Below, piece by piece: positions 1 through 12,399 of a stretch of DNA of 64,000 bases. The stretch comes from Anthoceros angustus (taxonomy: Eukaryota; Plantae; Anthocerotophyta). Position 1 is the stretch's first letter. Each line of letters begins with the position of its first letter. A program made the position numbers and the translations under genes. The notes under the pieces are model-generated. The model was given only the letters and a program-made list of their open reading frames with translations, searched no databases and had not been told where the DNA came from. The DNA is taken from positions 186,001 to 250,000 of the forward strand of contig MU008214.1 of assembly GCA_010909165.1 (NCBI GenBank). Direction: 5' to 3'.

Positions 1-769
1 GAATGAACCGTGGACATAGTAGGCATCGTGCAAAGAAGAACATCACCTCCACCTCCACAAGCCGAGTGCGTGTCCGCGCGCGATGCAACGCGTTATTTCA
101 AGGTCGTTGGGGTTGATACCGCACAATCTCGCTACCGACAGCAACTAGCAAGGGAGCTTGAGAGCAATTCTTGCGGATGACAAGTGAGTTCTCGCAATGT
201 CGCCGTGAGATCTATAGTACTTTTGAAGAGCTTCCTCCTCAAGGACTTTCGACTCGCACCGATCGGGAAAGATGAAGAGTTGTTTATCGCTCATGAGGAA
301 TATGAGCATGTAAGAATTTGAAGGATGTTCGTCGGCGATCACTGCGAGCCGTAAATACGCCTGAATATCATTTTGTCGCCGGTCGGATGACCATCGATTC
401 CCACACGCCAAGCACATTGGTGTGAGTCAGCATCCGATCTGCAGTGAAATTGCGGGGTGGGAAGGATTGTCGGGGCCAAGGTATGTGGTGCGGGTCCCAA
501 GGAAGCTTAGGTCCGATGTGATCTCGGATGATGTGAAAGCCAAGATTCGCACTGGGAGCTCGCCTCTCGACCTTCCTCCAACACAAAGGACACCAAGCGC
601 CACGCATCGGACCAAACACTTTTGACCAGCACATCATCCACTTCTTGGATACTTCATGTGAGATGAATATGTCAGACTGGATTCCATGCTTGTGTTGTGA
701 GTGCGAACCTTCATCTGTGCTACTCCCTCACCTTCCATGCTTGTTTGTACTTCACGGTGTCGTTATGTT

Positions 770-1290
770 AGCACTACCTTCCAAATTCGTGTTTGACTCT
801 TGGGCATGATGGTATTGGGGTGAAGGGTGTTCACGAGGCTTCTCGATACACCGGTGTTGTGATTTAGGGACCGTGATATGGGGTGATGATTGGTGTTGAG
901 AAGGGCTATGTGATGCCTGTATGGCCTTGTGATGGTTTGGGCTGATTGGTGATGTTGATTCGCACACTGGTTATGTTTTGGCGGCAAGGCCGGGTTCCCA
1001 GTTTGGTGTGGGAGGACGGGTGTTGTGGTTGCCGCGTATTGGGGTGGTCGCTGGGTGATTTTAGTGGACGCGTGGATGATGCGGACAGGTGATGTGGTGG
1101 TGCTATCTTGTTGATTGATGCGTTGGTGATGTGGATGATGGCATGGTGATAAGGTGGACGGATTGGTGATGTCATGGAGTAGGTGGAGCTCGCTTTGCAC
1201 TTAGTGATGTGGTGGATGTGTTGGTGGATGATGGAATGGTGATCACGACGGTTTGGTGATGTTTTGGAGTTGTTCCATTTTAGTTGGCAT
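770..1290. repeat. GT-rich low-complexity tract (GGTGATG/GTGGAT-like)
   Basis: Strongly strand-skewed G/T sequence; the overlapping ORFs are His/Pro/Thr low-complexity artefacts. Confidence 0.6.
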
Positions 1291-1329
1291 CACTTGGTGA
1301 CCTCGTGTCCGCTGCTTGGAAGTGTGTTG

Positions 1330-3250
1330 CACGTTTTGATATTGGCCATCCCATCGGTGATACCACCGCTCGCAGAGCGTATGTAATGAAATCGCTGTTC
1401 GTGATGCGATAAAAATTCTACGCGGTTGCAAGAGCATCGACATTTCAATTGGGCAGCGAACTTTTGAGAAATTGAAGCCGTATTTTGTGAAGAGCTGCAG
1501 AACGGAACTTGTGCCGCTGTCATGTGGAAATGGCCTTTCTCAAGACGCTTTCAATGCTATGCGCGGTTGTCTTTCAAGTGTGCATCCGAGGTCAATGTCA
1601 TTGTCCATGTGACATATGTGCTCCCCAAGAAGGTGACGGGCTTGTTCAAGAGTGTAGTGCAACACATGTGTTGTATCCGAGATGTTGTGCGAAGGAGGCA
1701 AACGCGGATGGCACAACCTCGCATGTTTGCGGTGGCACTTGTGGCACTGTGGGTGGGGCAAATTGGCTTCTGTCCCGCCGAGTCATCGAATGATAAGCTT
1801 CCTCAGTCCGTCCTCAGGTGGCGCCGTTTTCAATACCAAGTCGTTGGTTCTGACCATGATGGGCATGAGAAGAAGCGGATCAAACTTGTTTTCATGGAGA
1901 CTCATCCAGCTGATTTTGTCCTGTACTTGAAAGAAAAATTGAAAGAGTTCATCCTGCACGATTTTGTGCAGCGATGGCAAGGGTTGGAATTTCGGTGCTT
2001 GGAGTGGTTCCCGACTGATGTTGTCGTCTCTGTCATGGACTTCAGTCAGAACTATGCGTTTGGTGTTCAAAACGAAATTCAATCTATGCATTGGCATAAT
2101 GACCAGGTTTCGATTTTTGTCTTGGTGTTCTATAGGAGGACGGGTCCAATTGATGCAGGAACCGGCTAACATCGACAAATACTATCACTTCTACATCGGT
2201 GATGATATGGTCCACGATACATCGTTTGTACAAAGACGCCTCATGTTGCATTGGCGGTGGATGCGTGATTCGGGTTTCTGCCCGGGAACATTGGTGTTGG
2301 TCGATGGGGCAAGTCAATTTAAAGCATGTAGGCCTTCTTACTTTGTTGCGGTACCTAGCTTGACTGGTGGTTGCAAGATGCTATGGTCGTTCTTTGGCGT
2401 GGGCATGGCAAAGGCGAACATGACGCAGTGCAATCTTGAAAAGGGCATTGCGTCAGAGTCCTCTCCGAATGCTCCTCATTGCGATCGCCTCGATGTTGTC
2501 ACCTACTTAAGAGAGAACATCTCACCGGTGCAACAACGCTGCATGTATGGAGAGCATGTCCATAGGAGCTTCGTGATTGGGAAAACCGAGGTGAGCAGGA
2601 GGAACAAGTTTAATTGTGACCCAATACTGGTCAAAAAATGCATAGCATATATGGTTTCAGCTGACCCAACTCAATCGAAAATGCGCATGTTGGCAGCTTG
2701 GCTTGACTGCCTTCAAGTCTATGTGAAACCGCCCATGCAGGATCCGGAGACTCGTATCCATTAGGCCACATGGACAACCCACGGGAGGAGCCCGTACTCG
2801 GAGAAGAGGCCGGGATCTTGAGTCTGGCGGATACCTTCCGCTTGCTACTCGGGAGGAACAAGGAGCTTTGGAAAATACCGTTGATGGCCTTGACGATGAT
2901 GCTGTGGAGGATGTGTGACATGGCCGACCTCCTAGAAGTTGGTGATACGTTTGTTGTGCACGCCGACATCAAGACGAGGGGCAATTGTTTTACCTTGCGT
3001 TGCACAGCTTGAAGCAAACCCTCTGTAACAAGTGGTGCCCTTGGAGCAACTCAACATTCCGAGTGGGAGAAGTGGTTGTCTCGTACGATACACACTCCAC
3101 ACGACGGCGTGTACACACCGTCAAGAGAATGAGGAGTGCACCCTTCATGCCGATCGTCCTAAGTTGCAAGATTGAATTGCGGGTGTACACGATAGTGAAG
3201 GTGTGGAGTGCTATTCTTTAGAGGGGAAGCTCGTGAGTGACCACCTTGGT
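1330..3250 (+). mobile_element. Degenerate DDD-type DNA transposase, Sola2-like (frameshifted)
   Basis: Pieced across frames: ISIGQRTFEKLKPYFVK..C.CHVEM, Cys-rich CHCPCDIC, MDFSQNYAFGVQNEIQSMHWHNDQVSI, IGDDMVHDTSFV, DGASQFK, WSFFG/GHGKGEHD. This DF.xNY / HD / DG..QFK / HGKG..D series is the catalytic core I associate with Sola2-like transposases. The superfamily name is from motif recall. Confidence 0.75.
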
Positions 3251-6200
3251 AAGAGAAAGCAACTCGAGCCTTGTGCTAGAAAGCACATGTGCGTAATGAT
3301 TGGTCTCCCTCTATTGTACGAGGCCCACGTTTGGCAAACATAACCACGCGACCACCAAACATGGTCACTAACTATTTGCTCACTAACCAGTTGTCACTAA
3401 CGGTGGCGCCAGTGCACCGAGTTATTTTGCAAATGGGTCTTGTCCATGTTAACACGTTGATACATGGCTTCTTTAGGGGTCTGAAGGTCCAAGCGGGATG
3501 CACATAGATATGCATTGCATTCATGCAAAACACTTATTCCGTGGAATTTGCTTACAAGGGCATTTGCATTAAAAGTTGAGTTCTGGTCTCGGGACACATG
3601 ATTATCCGCCACACGCTCAAGCCCACTTTCGCCAATTGACCCTCGGCGTGGTGTCCACAGGCCTTGTCCTTGGTGGCACATAGTCTGGCTTTAAATGGCG
3701 TGACCACAACTGGGTCGTCAGCATCTTTTCGAGCTACACAGGAATGCAATGGCCGCCATGTGCTCTAACTTGGGTCTGTGATTTGTCGAACCCGACCGCA
3801 GCTCCTCCCGGTTCCGCCTTGATGGGAGAAGCCATGGGCAGCCGAGGCAAGGAGCTTGATGGAAGCGGAAGGTTTTGGCCGCAATGCGCGGTTCCAAGAT
3901 CGACGGGCGGCGCGGCATCGGGCTTCGCGAAGAGGGAGCGTGGATGCGCCATATGCGGAAGACCTCAAGTCGCCACAGGAAGGGATGTCGACCGTGTTGT
4001 TGAGGATGATTGTGACATGGGCGTTATAGACAATGAATCAAGGATGGCGTGGAAAGTGGCGACTCTTGATGGCGCGGGTTTGCCCACCACGCAATGGAAG
4101 CATCTTAGTTAGCTTCTTGTGATTGGGGCCGTCTTCCACATTCTTTTGGATAGCTGGACATGGCGTGCATGTTGTTGTGCCAAGCCCTTTTAGGCGGCGT
4201 GCTTGGATGTAGTTGTTACCCAAGCCTCAGAATTGATCCCTCCCGGTGAACCGAGTTGGAAAGGATGTTGTGTGGCATGTGCTAATGCAAGACGGGTTGA
4301 AGGCATGTTTCGTTAATGTCAAGTGCGAGGTAAATCTTGTTGCCTCATGTCGGCAAGTTTATCGCTGACCATTGTATGTGGATCAACCAAAAAGAAAACG
4401 GGCCTCCTTAACAACCCTACATTTAGGCATGGGTGCCTAGAAACTCAAAACCACGCATGCATGCCGACCATACCAACCAAGACAATCACTTGACCGTCAA
4501 GTCCCTCCTTGTCATGCTCCCTCTTAGCCACCCCCGGATATTTGGCGATTGTGGGGCTCACCAATACACTGGATGTCTTGGGTAGCCTTGGGATGGCGAT
4601 CATCAAGTTTGTTGCCAAAACCATGTCCTCCTCTATTGCGTGGGGTGACCACGGACACCGAGTTAAGGAGCTGGTACACCCCTCGAATTTGGCTCGCTCG
4701 TAATAATAAGCCATGATCACCCTCGCCAATAGGAAACACCTTGCCGCTTTGCCATGCTTTGTCAAGAAAACGGCTAGGTGGCGCACGCGTCGATACACTG
4801 TAGCACATAGAACTCCACATGCTCTACATTTCCCTTGGGAGCCAGCACCATAAAGTTACTACCTGCACGGACTGTGTCCGCTCCTGTCATAAGACCTTGA
4901 GGCATGGGTGGGGAAGGCATTTCATCAACATTCTCTACAGCTGACCACTGAGCACCCTTGTGCTTCCCACGGATGTTTCTTTTGGGGGCCTGTTTCACAT
5001 TCTTCCTTTTTAGGCCTCCTGGCTTCTGAACCTGACGCCGAGGCTCCTGGACTCACTTGCATGCCTCTCCTTTCCTTCATTGGTTTTTTCTACGCCCGTC
5101 GCGAACTCATCAACCATTTCAAAAGTCACCATTTCATTCGCAGGCCACCTTCTTCATTGGGCATGATGGGCCCACCACCACTTGCAAGAACACCGTCACG
5201 TCGACCAAGCTGGTGAAGAGCACGGACATTGATTCTGGTTGCAAGTATGTTCCGGATCGATTACGCACCGCCTCCACATCGCCAGATGCTCCAAAAGTTT
5301 TTGATGTTCGCTGATTGAGGCGCCATCCGCAACAACCCTTCGCTATAACTTGATTGGCACCAATCATCACGGTATCCATTGCGCCACCCTCATACGGATC
5401 TCCACCGCCACCACACCGCTACCAAGCGGTTGGACATCACCGGTTGTCGTCAATGCCAAATGGACACTTCGGTCATCACTTGCCACATGATCCAAGATAT
5501 TGGTCACGGGTAGAACACCACGACTCCTCCGCCACACATTTATCAACACATTCAATTGCGCCACCTCCAAGTTATCACTTGATTCACAAGACTCTGGACA
5601 CCACAACCATTTCATCACCTACATCCACACCTCCACTCGAATACCGGTGGAAGGCACCGTTATCATCGCAATAAGAGATACAATACACCCGTGACCAACG
5701 AGAGCGAGGGCGCGCCACCGTTGTAGCTTGTCGTGGCTGGTCATCTGCAACGGACAAACATGTACTCAAAGTGTAGACAACAATATCTAGTTTCAACAAA
5801 GCAATGCCCTCACAAACCCACACCGATGTCCTTCGGAGGAACACGCACACATGCCAACTTGCGTGCATTCCTCACCAACTTCAACCCTGTGGGGACCTTG
5901 TGTACGCGGCCTTGGTGGAGTAGGAGCTATGTCCAGAACGAGGGCTGCTCGTCACTGTGGGGACAACGTCATCTTCAATTTGTGAGTCTAGCACCACTGC
6001 TCGAGTAATCGCTGCCCAAACATGCGCGAACAACACGAGGCTTTTCCTCCGGGCATTGGGGTCTGCGAAGGAATTCACGAGGCTTCATGTGCCTCCCTTG
6101 GCCTTGCAAGCAAATTCATCAGCTACACTGCAGGAGAAATACGTTGACATCGGCGTTGGCATAATTGCACTGGACCAGTTCGATGTCAGATGACAAAATT

Positions 6201-8400
6201 TAGTCGAGCGGACTTCCAACTGAAAATGGACAAGACAACAAACACCGGAGAACTGTGGAACATACATATTGGAGACTCAAGATTTTTTCTTGGGTGGCCA
6301 ACCAATTCACGGTGATTGTGACTCAATGTCTTTCCATCGTGTGTCATGGTCGGGTCTCCAATGCACTCGAGGAACTCTTTCTCCCAAGTGTCTCTGGTCC
6401 TGCTCCCATGGAAGGAGCTTCTCCTGGTGCTTTGATCACCAACCCTTCGCTCTCAACCATGATGCACATCAAGATTGCACCTGGACGTGGGCAGCAACAA
6501 TGTTTGTCAAGTGCCCGACAGTGATATCGTGGAAGCAATGGCCACATGGAGTGAACACCATCTCGTTACAGGCGCACACCGCCATGACACACATTACACT
6601 TTAGGACACACGAGCTTGCGCTTTGAAGGAAAACCACGGTTGCGTGAGAAAGGGATCACCTTGGCCTTGGCACCACATGACTAGGTGGTGCCAAGGCCAC
6701 CTCGTCCGCCACCCACCACTACATCACCAAGTCCAAGAACCCATCCACCAGAAACCATGACATCACCGAGGCCACCACCGCCACCAACCTACCACTACAT
6801 CACGAATGCCACCACCGCCCACCGACCTACCCCTACGACGAAGGCCATAACGCACACAAGCCATGCACTACATCACCAAGGCCACCAAAAGCTCACGGAC
6901 ACCCAGATGAACACCGAACCAATTCCTCACCATCCGCCCAAGTGATCACCCACCCTTCCACCAGAGAACACATGAGTCACCACCCCTTGAGCACCCCTAC
7001 CACCACCTCACCATCCCGTGAACGCCACGGAGCACCCAACCACCCAACTGGCAGACATCACCATAAGGAAAACATCGGTCACGGACACCTCGTCCGTGTG
7101 CAAGAAGAATCCACACTTACTGACAAAACACTACACGCCCGACGGGGCATGACTTGGCGGGAGAGGCGGAGCCGACACCCACGCAGTGATCCATGTTACA
7201 TGCCCGTTGAACGCTACCGGAGAACATCCTCATGTTTTCAAGAGAAGCCGGTGTCCGGAGCTTGTTCCTCAGTTTTTCTCCTTCAACCGTGAACACCCTC
7301 GGAATATTTAGTTTTGTCAAGCATGAATCGAAAGTCTAAAGTCTCGCGAATACTCGCCAAGCCCTCCACTATTCATGACCATGTCAAGCTGGACCTTGGT
7401 GTTGCCCAAATCCAAGAGTGCCTCCTCCCCATCTTTTGACAAAACGCCTCCTCCAGACAAGCTTCCAACTCGCACTAATTTTTCCAGACCTCATCCATGA
7501 CAACCTTTGGTGCCCATGGCTCAAGACACGAGCTGGCCAGTGTCACTTTTCTCGCCACGAATTGAATTGGAGACTCCTCGTCTCCCTTCTTGCCGCCTCC
7601 TCTTCTACATTCTTTGCGGAGGTCCGTCCTTCTTCATGGCCTTCAGGCTTCCTCTTCCCAACTCGGAGAGCTCCAGATTGCTGGGAGGATCGCCTCGTGC
7701 CGCTCTCACCGGCTGGAGTGGAACACTCTTCCACATCAACCTCCGCCTCTGCATCATCACCGCCACCACAGTTGTGAAGAATCGTTGTATTCTCTGCGGA
7801 TGGGACTTCCACACTGTGATTTCTTCTCCATCGCATCGCCTTATCCCGCTTCCTCTTCTCAACGCTAAATAGTACTCAAACCAATTCACACGCTTGCCAA
7901 GCTTCTTCTCGATTAGGAACCCAAGTGCCACAAACCGTGGCACCCTTTATGATGCAATGTGGAGCCCGCCCATCTGACTTCTCTACAAGACTGTCAACAT
8001 GCGTCCACTCTATGTCAGACAGTAGGTCTGATCCCCAAGAGGTATCCATCATTTCCATTAGTGACATCCCCAAAATGCCTCTTGATCTCATCTTCACCTC
8101 CAATAGCCTCCTTTAGTCCAACCTGTAGTTCAGCACACCTGACATTCACACCTGTAGTTGACAATTCCATATCACCGTAGTGCCAACACCAATGCTCCCC
8201 CCTGAATTTTTCAGGAATGTCGTGTCCTTGCAGAGCCGCAGTCACCTTTGCAGCTCTATCCAACCTAGCCTTCAGCTGGCGCCTAGCGTTCCTGTCCATC
8301 TTGCTTGCACAGGAGGCGCTTGACACACCATGTATCGAGCCGCTCGCCACACGCCGAGCCTTCACCCTACTGCTAGTGACATGGTGTCCTTCACCTCGGC
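3250..8400 (-). pseudogene. Degenerate accessory coding sequences of unknown function, probably cargo of the adjacent DNA transposon
   Basis: Protein-like fragments on the minus strand broken by frameshifts, e.g. 8365-7605 (..RLDRAAKVTAALQGHDIPEKFRGEHWCWHYGD..PRFVALGFLIEKKLGKRVNWFEYY..) and 4798-4445. No recognisable domain. Confidence 0.35.
6685..7100. repeat. CA-rich low-complexity tract (CCACCA/CATCACC)
   Basis: Compositional mirror of the 770-1290 GT-rich tract; yields only Pro/Thr/His ORFs. Confidence 0.55.
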
Positions 8401-8409
8401 CGCTTGTCC

Positions 8410-8915
8410 GTCACCCACCGCCTATTGCCTGCACCACCGAGCTACCAAATCCGGCACCAAAGGCCTTCCGCACAAACCCACCGCCTATTGCCTGCACCAC
8501 CGAGCTCCCAAATCCGGCACCGTAGAGACGACGACTCCCAAGCCTCGCCACCGCCTATTGCCTGCACCACCGAGCTACCAACCGCCAAGAACTGGTTAAA
8601 AGCTATACCGTCACACCACCTATTGCCCGCACGACATAGCTCTAGCGAAGACATATAGGGACTCACCAGGAAAAGTGGTGGTCGCCGCCGCACAAACCCA
8701 CCGCCTATTGCCTGCACCACCGAGCTACCAACCGCCCAGAAAGCGCGCCGACGGTCCCAAACGCCCTCCGCACAAAGCCACCGCCCACTGCCTGCACCAC
8801 CGAGCTACCAAATCCGGCCGTAAGAACCTGGTTCCGACCCCAAGCAGCTTTTGCGCACAGTCACCGCCTGCCGTCACACCACCTATTGCCCGCACGACAT
8901 AGCTCTAGCAGAAGC
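8410..8915. repeat. Degenerate tandem array with core CCACCGCCTATTGCCTGCACCACCGAGCTACCAA (about 5 copies plus 2 variant units)
   Basis: Core recurs near 8415, 8478, 8548, 8698 and 8779; a second unit (GTCACACCACCTATTGCCCGCACGACATAGCTCTAGC) occurs near 8610 and 8872. Confidence 0.85.
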
Positions 8916-9727
8916 CATGTAGGGACTTCGCATGGCTGACAACCATCCTCACCGCCTGCCGTCCAAGGTTGAGCTCGCAGTTCAGGGTGATGCATGCACA
9001 AATCCAATGCTTGTGAGTCTCAACATTAGGAGCACGGCTGATGGAAGTGGATAACCTCATTATCACCCTTAAAAAGTCAACGAGCATCCCGCTCGCTTCC
9101 GCCTCCCGCTTCCTCCGGTCACTTACGAGTTTGTATAATAAATTGTCCCTAGCATATATAGCAAGACTTAAACCAATAATATATCAAATAAATCAATTTT
9201 CCAAATAAAAAATTAAATATATCTATGAAGTTAAAACGAATAGCCCTAAAAATATCGGTCAAAATGGGCATAATTTCAATTGTTAAGAACGTAATGCAAA
9301 ACACCACTTAGAGACTTGCCGCTTCCAAATTAGTGGTCACCTAACCATGCTCACACCCCATAGTCGATTTCGTTGCTATCTGCGCTCCCTGCGCTTGCCT
9401 TTCTTCCTTCTCAAATCTCTTTCGGGCTCCACATTTGTTGACCTGCCCCCCAAACCAGTTGCATATGTCGAACTCCGTTGGCGCTTCCTACTACCTCCCG
9501 ATACGCCTCCTGTATCATCAGCATCACGGAGGGCGCCGGCATCCGTCTGCGTCCCAAGGCGGCGGGCGCGGCATGCGCGCCCTCCTCATGTCCCAAGGCG
9601 GCGGGCGCGGCATGCGCGCCCTCCTCAATGCAGGCGGCTGATTCCCGTGGATGGTGCGGCTAACCTGGGTGCCCTCACCGCAGATCCCATAGTACTTGGA
9701 TGCCGCCTTCCTTCTCCTCCCATGCCT

Positions 9728-10961
9728 TCATACCCTGATAAAAACCAGGCTGCCTGTGGGGTACCCAACTCCATGTTCTCCCGCCTGTGCAATTCCGCTG
9801 CGACCCATGTCCTCATCTGGATTGGAAGGAATAGTGGCACCAAAGATGGATGCCCCAAGCATTATGGAAGCAAATTCCATTACGTAGTCCTCAATCTTAT
9901 CACCGTCCTCCTCCAACATTTCGTCATCCGTCTGCCAAGCCCCGATAGGGCCATCCTCTTCATCCGAGGGTCCATACTCTGCCTCGTCCTCATCTCCTTC
10001 CAGTTCATAGTCAGATAGCCCAGCCCTGGTCCTTCTAAAAGACATCTCCCGACGGTGATTGATGATAGAACTTGTAATCACTTCATATAAGCATCGATAA
10101 AAATTCCTTACATTCTGCCCAAGAGCTAGAAGTGCCAAAAAGTGTTAAGTGGATGCAAGGATGTTCCAAAACTTCAAAATCAATGACTTCCAAAGACATA
10201 CACTTACAATCCTTGATCGAAGAGCTTCCCGGAATTTAAGAGACAGTTCCCGTGGCTCGCACTTTTTGCTGTGCAAGCCTGCTATGCTCAACATGAACAC
10301 ACTGTAGTCCTCCGGCCCCACTGGCAAAGCTTCAAACCCATAAGGCTTTGAAGTCACCAGGAGCTGAATATCCGGATCTCCTTCCGCTTCTATCAAAGTT
10401 GCCCAGACCACATACCCAGCCCTGGCTCTCTGATTTGGCAAAGCACCATTGTGGCCATAAATCCACAATTTCAGCATGGGTGTCCACACCACATTGTCTT
10501 CTTCAGCTCGCTCGTGTCACAAGCCGGTCCTTCTCCCGGAGAATTGTCTCATCAATCTGGTTAGTGTGTCTGCACAATTGAACAGTCTCCTCAAACGTAA
10601 AAGGTGAAGGATTAGAATCCGCGGCAGCTGTCTTCTGTGACTTGGCCATCTCTGATTTCCTTCCTGCCCCAGCTCCCTTCGTTGTGCTCACCTTTGCCGA
10701 CCCGCGGGATCCTGAGAGTTCAGGGCCGCGCGTGCCTGCGACATCGGGCAGCTCGTTACCTTTTGCAGATTGTGCTCCCTGAATTGGAACACCATGTCGG
10801 CCCGAACTTTGGTGTGCATCCACTCCACGCACGGCTCCTTTGCGTGGCTGCTCTGCCTTCTTCCCTTTCGGTCTCTTCTGATGTTTTGGTTTGTCCACAT
10901 GCGGCAGGGTTTCTTCTCCCAGTCCTGCCAATTCCTTCTTGCTGCGCCGCCCACTTGCCAT
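9728..10961 (-). pseudogene. Accessory ORF of unknown function, divergent from the Sola1-like transposase; 2 frameshifts
   Basis: Three consecutive ORFs join into one protein: basic N-terminus (MASGRRSKK..KPKHQKRPKGKK), globular middle (WTPMLKLWIYGHNGALPNQRARAGYVVW..), acidic C-terminus (ELEGDEDEAEYGPSDEED). Confidence 0.5.
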
Positions 10962-12399
10962 AGCTCTGCACAGAAGCAAGCAGTTGATTACGGTGACTAC
11001 CCAATTCTCCCTCAATGCAAAAAGGAGGTGAGGATGCACGCGCACCTGCACGAAGTCACGGAACGGCGGCTGCAATTGCCAAAAATCCTGAACAAGCGGC
11101 GTGGACGAGCGCAATCCCGACGGCCTTCACAGCTTGCGGAAGTGGAGCGCAACTCACGGCTTGGTGAACACGGTGTAGTCCGTGATGGACGCTCCATTAC
11201 GGTAAGGTTGAACGCCTAAAAGGTCGGGCGAGGTTAAAAGCGGTGACGGTAATCGCCACCGCGTTTGACAGGTGTCCGTTTTTCTGGTAACCCTAATTTT
11301 CGGCACCCGCTAGCTTTGCCACGGTTTACGTAAAACGGGTGCCCATGTTTTCCAGGCGTGGTGTTCTGTGCCTACATTAAATGATTCCCGATACCAAATG
11401 GCAAAAGCCGCAACATTTATGCGCGCAGAAATGACCAAGGCCGGATCCGACTTGATAGGTAGATCTTCTCCATGAATGCTGGAAATATTGACGCTAAGGC
11501 ATCCAGCTTGTTCTCCGATGTCTCATACTAATTTGCCCTCCTCCTTGTTTGTTGCTCTGGTTGTGGCTTGCTCCGCGACGTGAACGTCACACCATGCTCC
11601 ACTCCACCCATACCGATGAGGACACAGAGGTAGCTTCCCGAAAAAGCGATTGCCTGCTCCTTCAATGTAGTTTGTATCCGCTGGGTCGTTGTTCCTGACC
11701 GTGGGTGTCATGCGGATCGACGAGTGCAGATGGGAGGAACTTGTCCGCATACTTGTAATGTCTTGCACTCCAAGCGACACCTACATGCAGACGAAAGGAG
11801 CATCCAGCGATCTATTTCCCATAAGCGCTTGCAAACTTTGCCAGGCAGTAAGGGAGCGACCACATTCGAAGTGCTCTTTGTTGAAAAGCTCTGTGTTTCA
11901 TAATTCGTGCGGATGTTCCGGATGTTTTCCTGGCAACTGTGCCCGTCACTGGGGCATGCGGGTTTGCAATGGTAATCATCACCTGTCTGGCTGGATGACG
12001 ATGAGCTTCACCTTGTATTCGGCAAACTTGCTTGCAGGCTCAGGGTGCCGAAGGACTCATCACCATTCGCGTGCACCCCCCTATGTGCCACCGACGCCTC
12101 GGAACTTGAACTTGTATGCGGCTATGGAACTTAGCCCCGAAGACACGAGGAGATGCCGCCCGCCCTCAGAAGTGAGCCATCAACGGGCAATGAGAGGTCT
12201 CTTTCGCCCTCCGTGTGGAGTTTTGGGTGCATCGGGGGAGCCTGATATTGCTGGCGACGACAACGTTCCCCACCCTCCCAGTTCACCTCCTGGGCTGCAG
12301 TGTACATATCATCCGAAGCCAATGTCGGAGACATTGCAGCCTGCGAGCGAGCTTGCGTTTCGTTTGCAAACACGGCGCGCGGCTGGTGTCTCCTTGAAG

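Noticed and set aside
1-640. Possible third, more distant amino-MTase remnant on the minus strand (DLSFL../DP.., ADEHPSNSYMLIFL, EVMFFFAR)
   Set aside because: The resemblance needs several frameshifts and no SAM-binding motif lies inside the window; too weak to call without an HMM search.
8410-8915. CRISPR-like repeat-spacer pattern
   Set aside because: The sequences between cores are related to each other and vary in length; eukaryotic transposon context.
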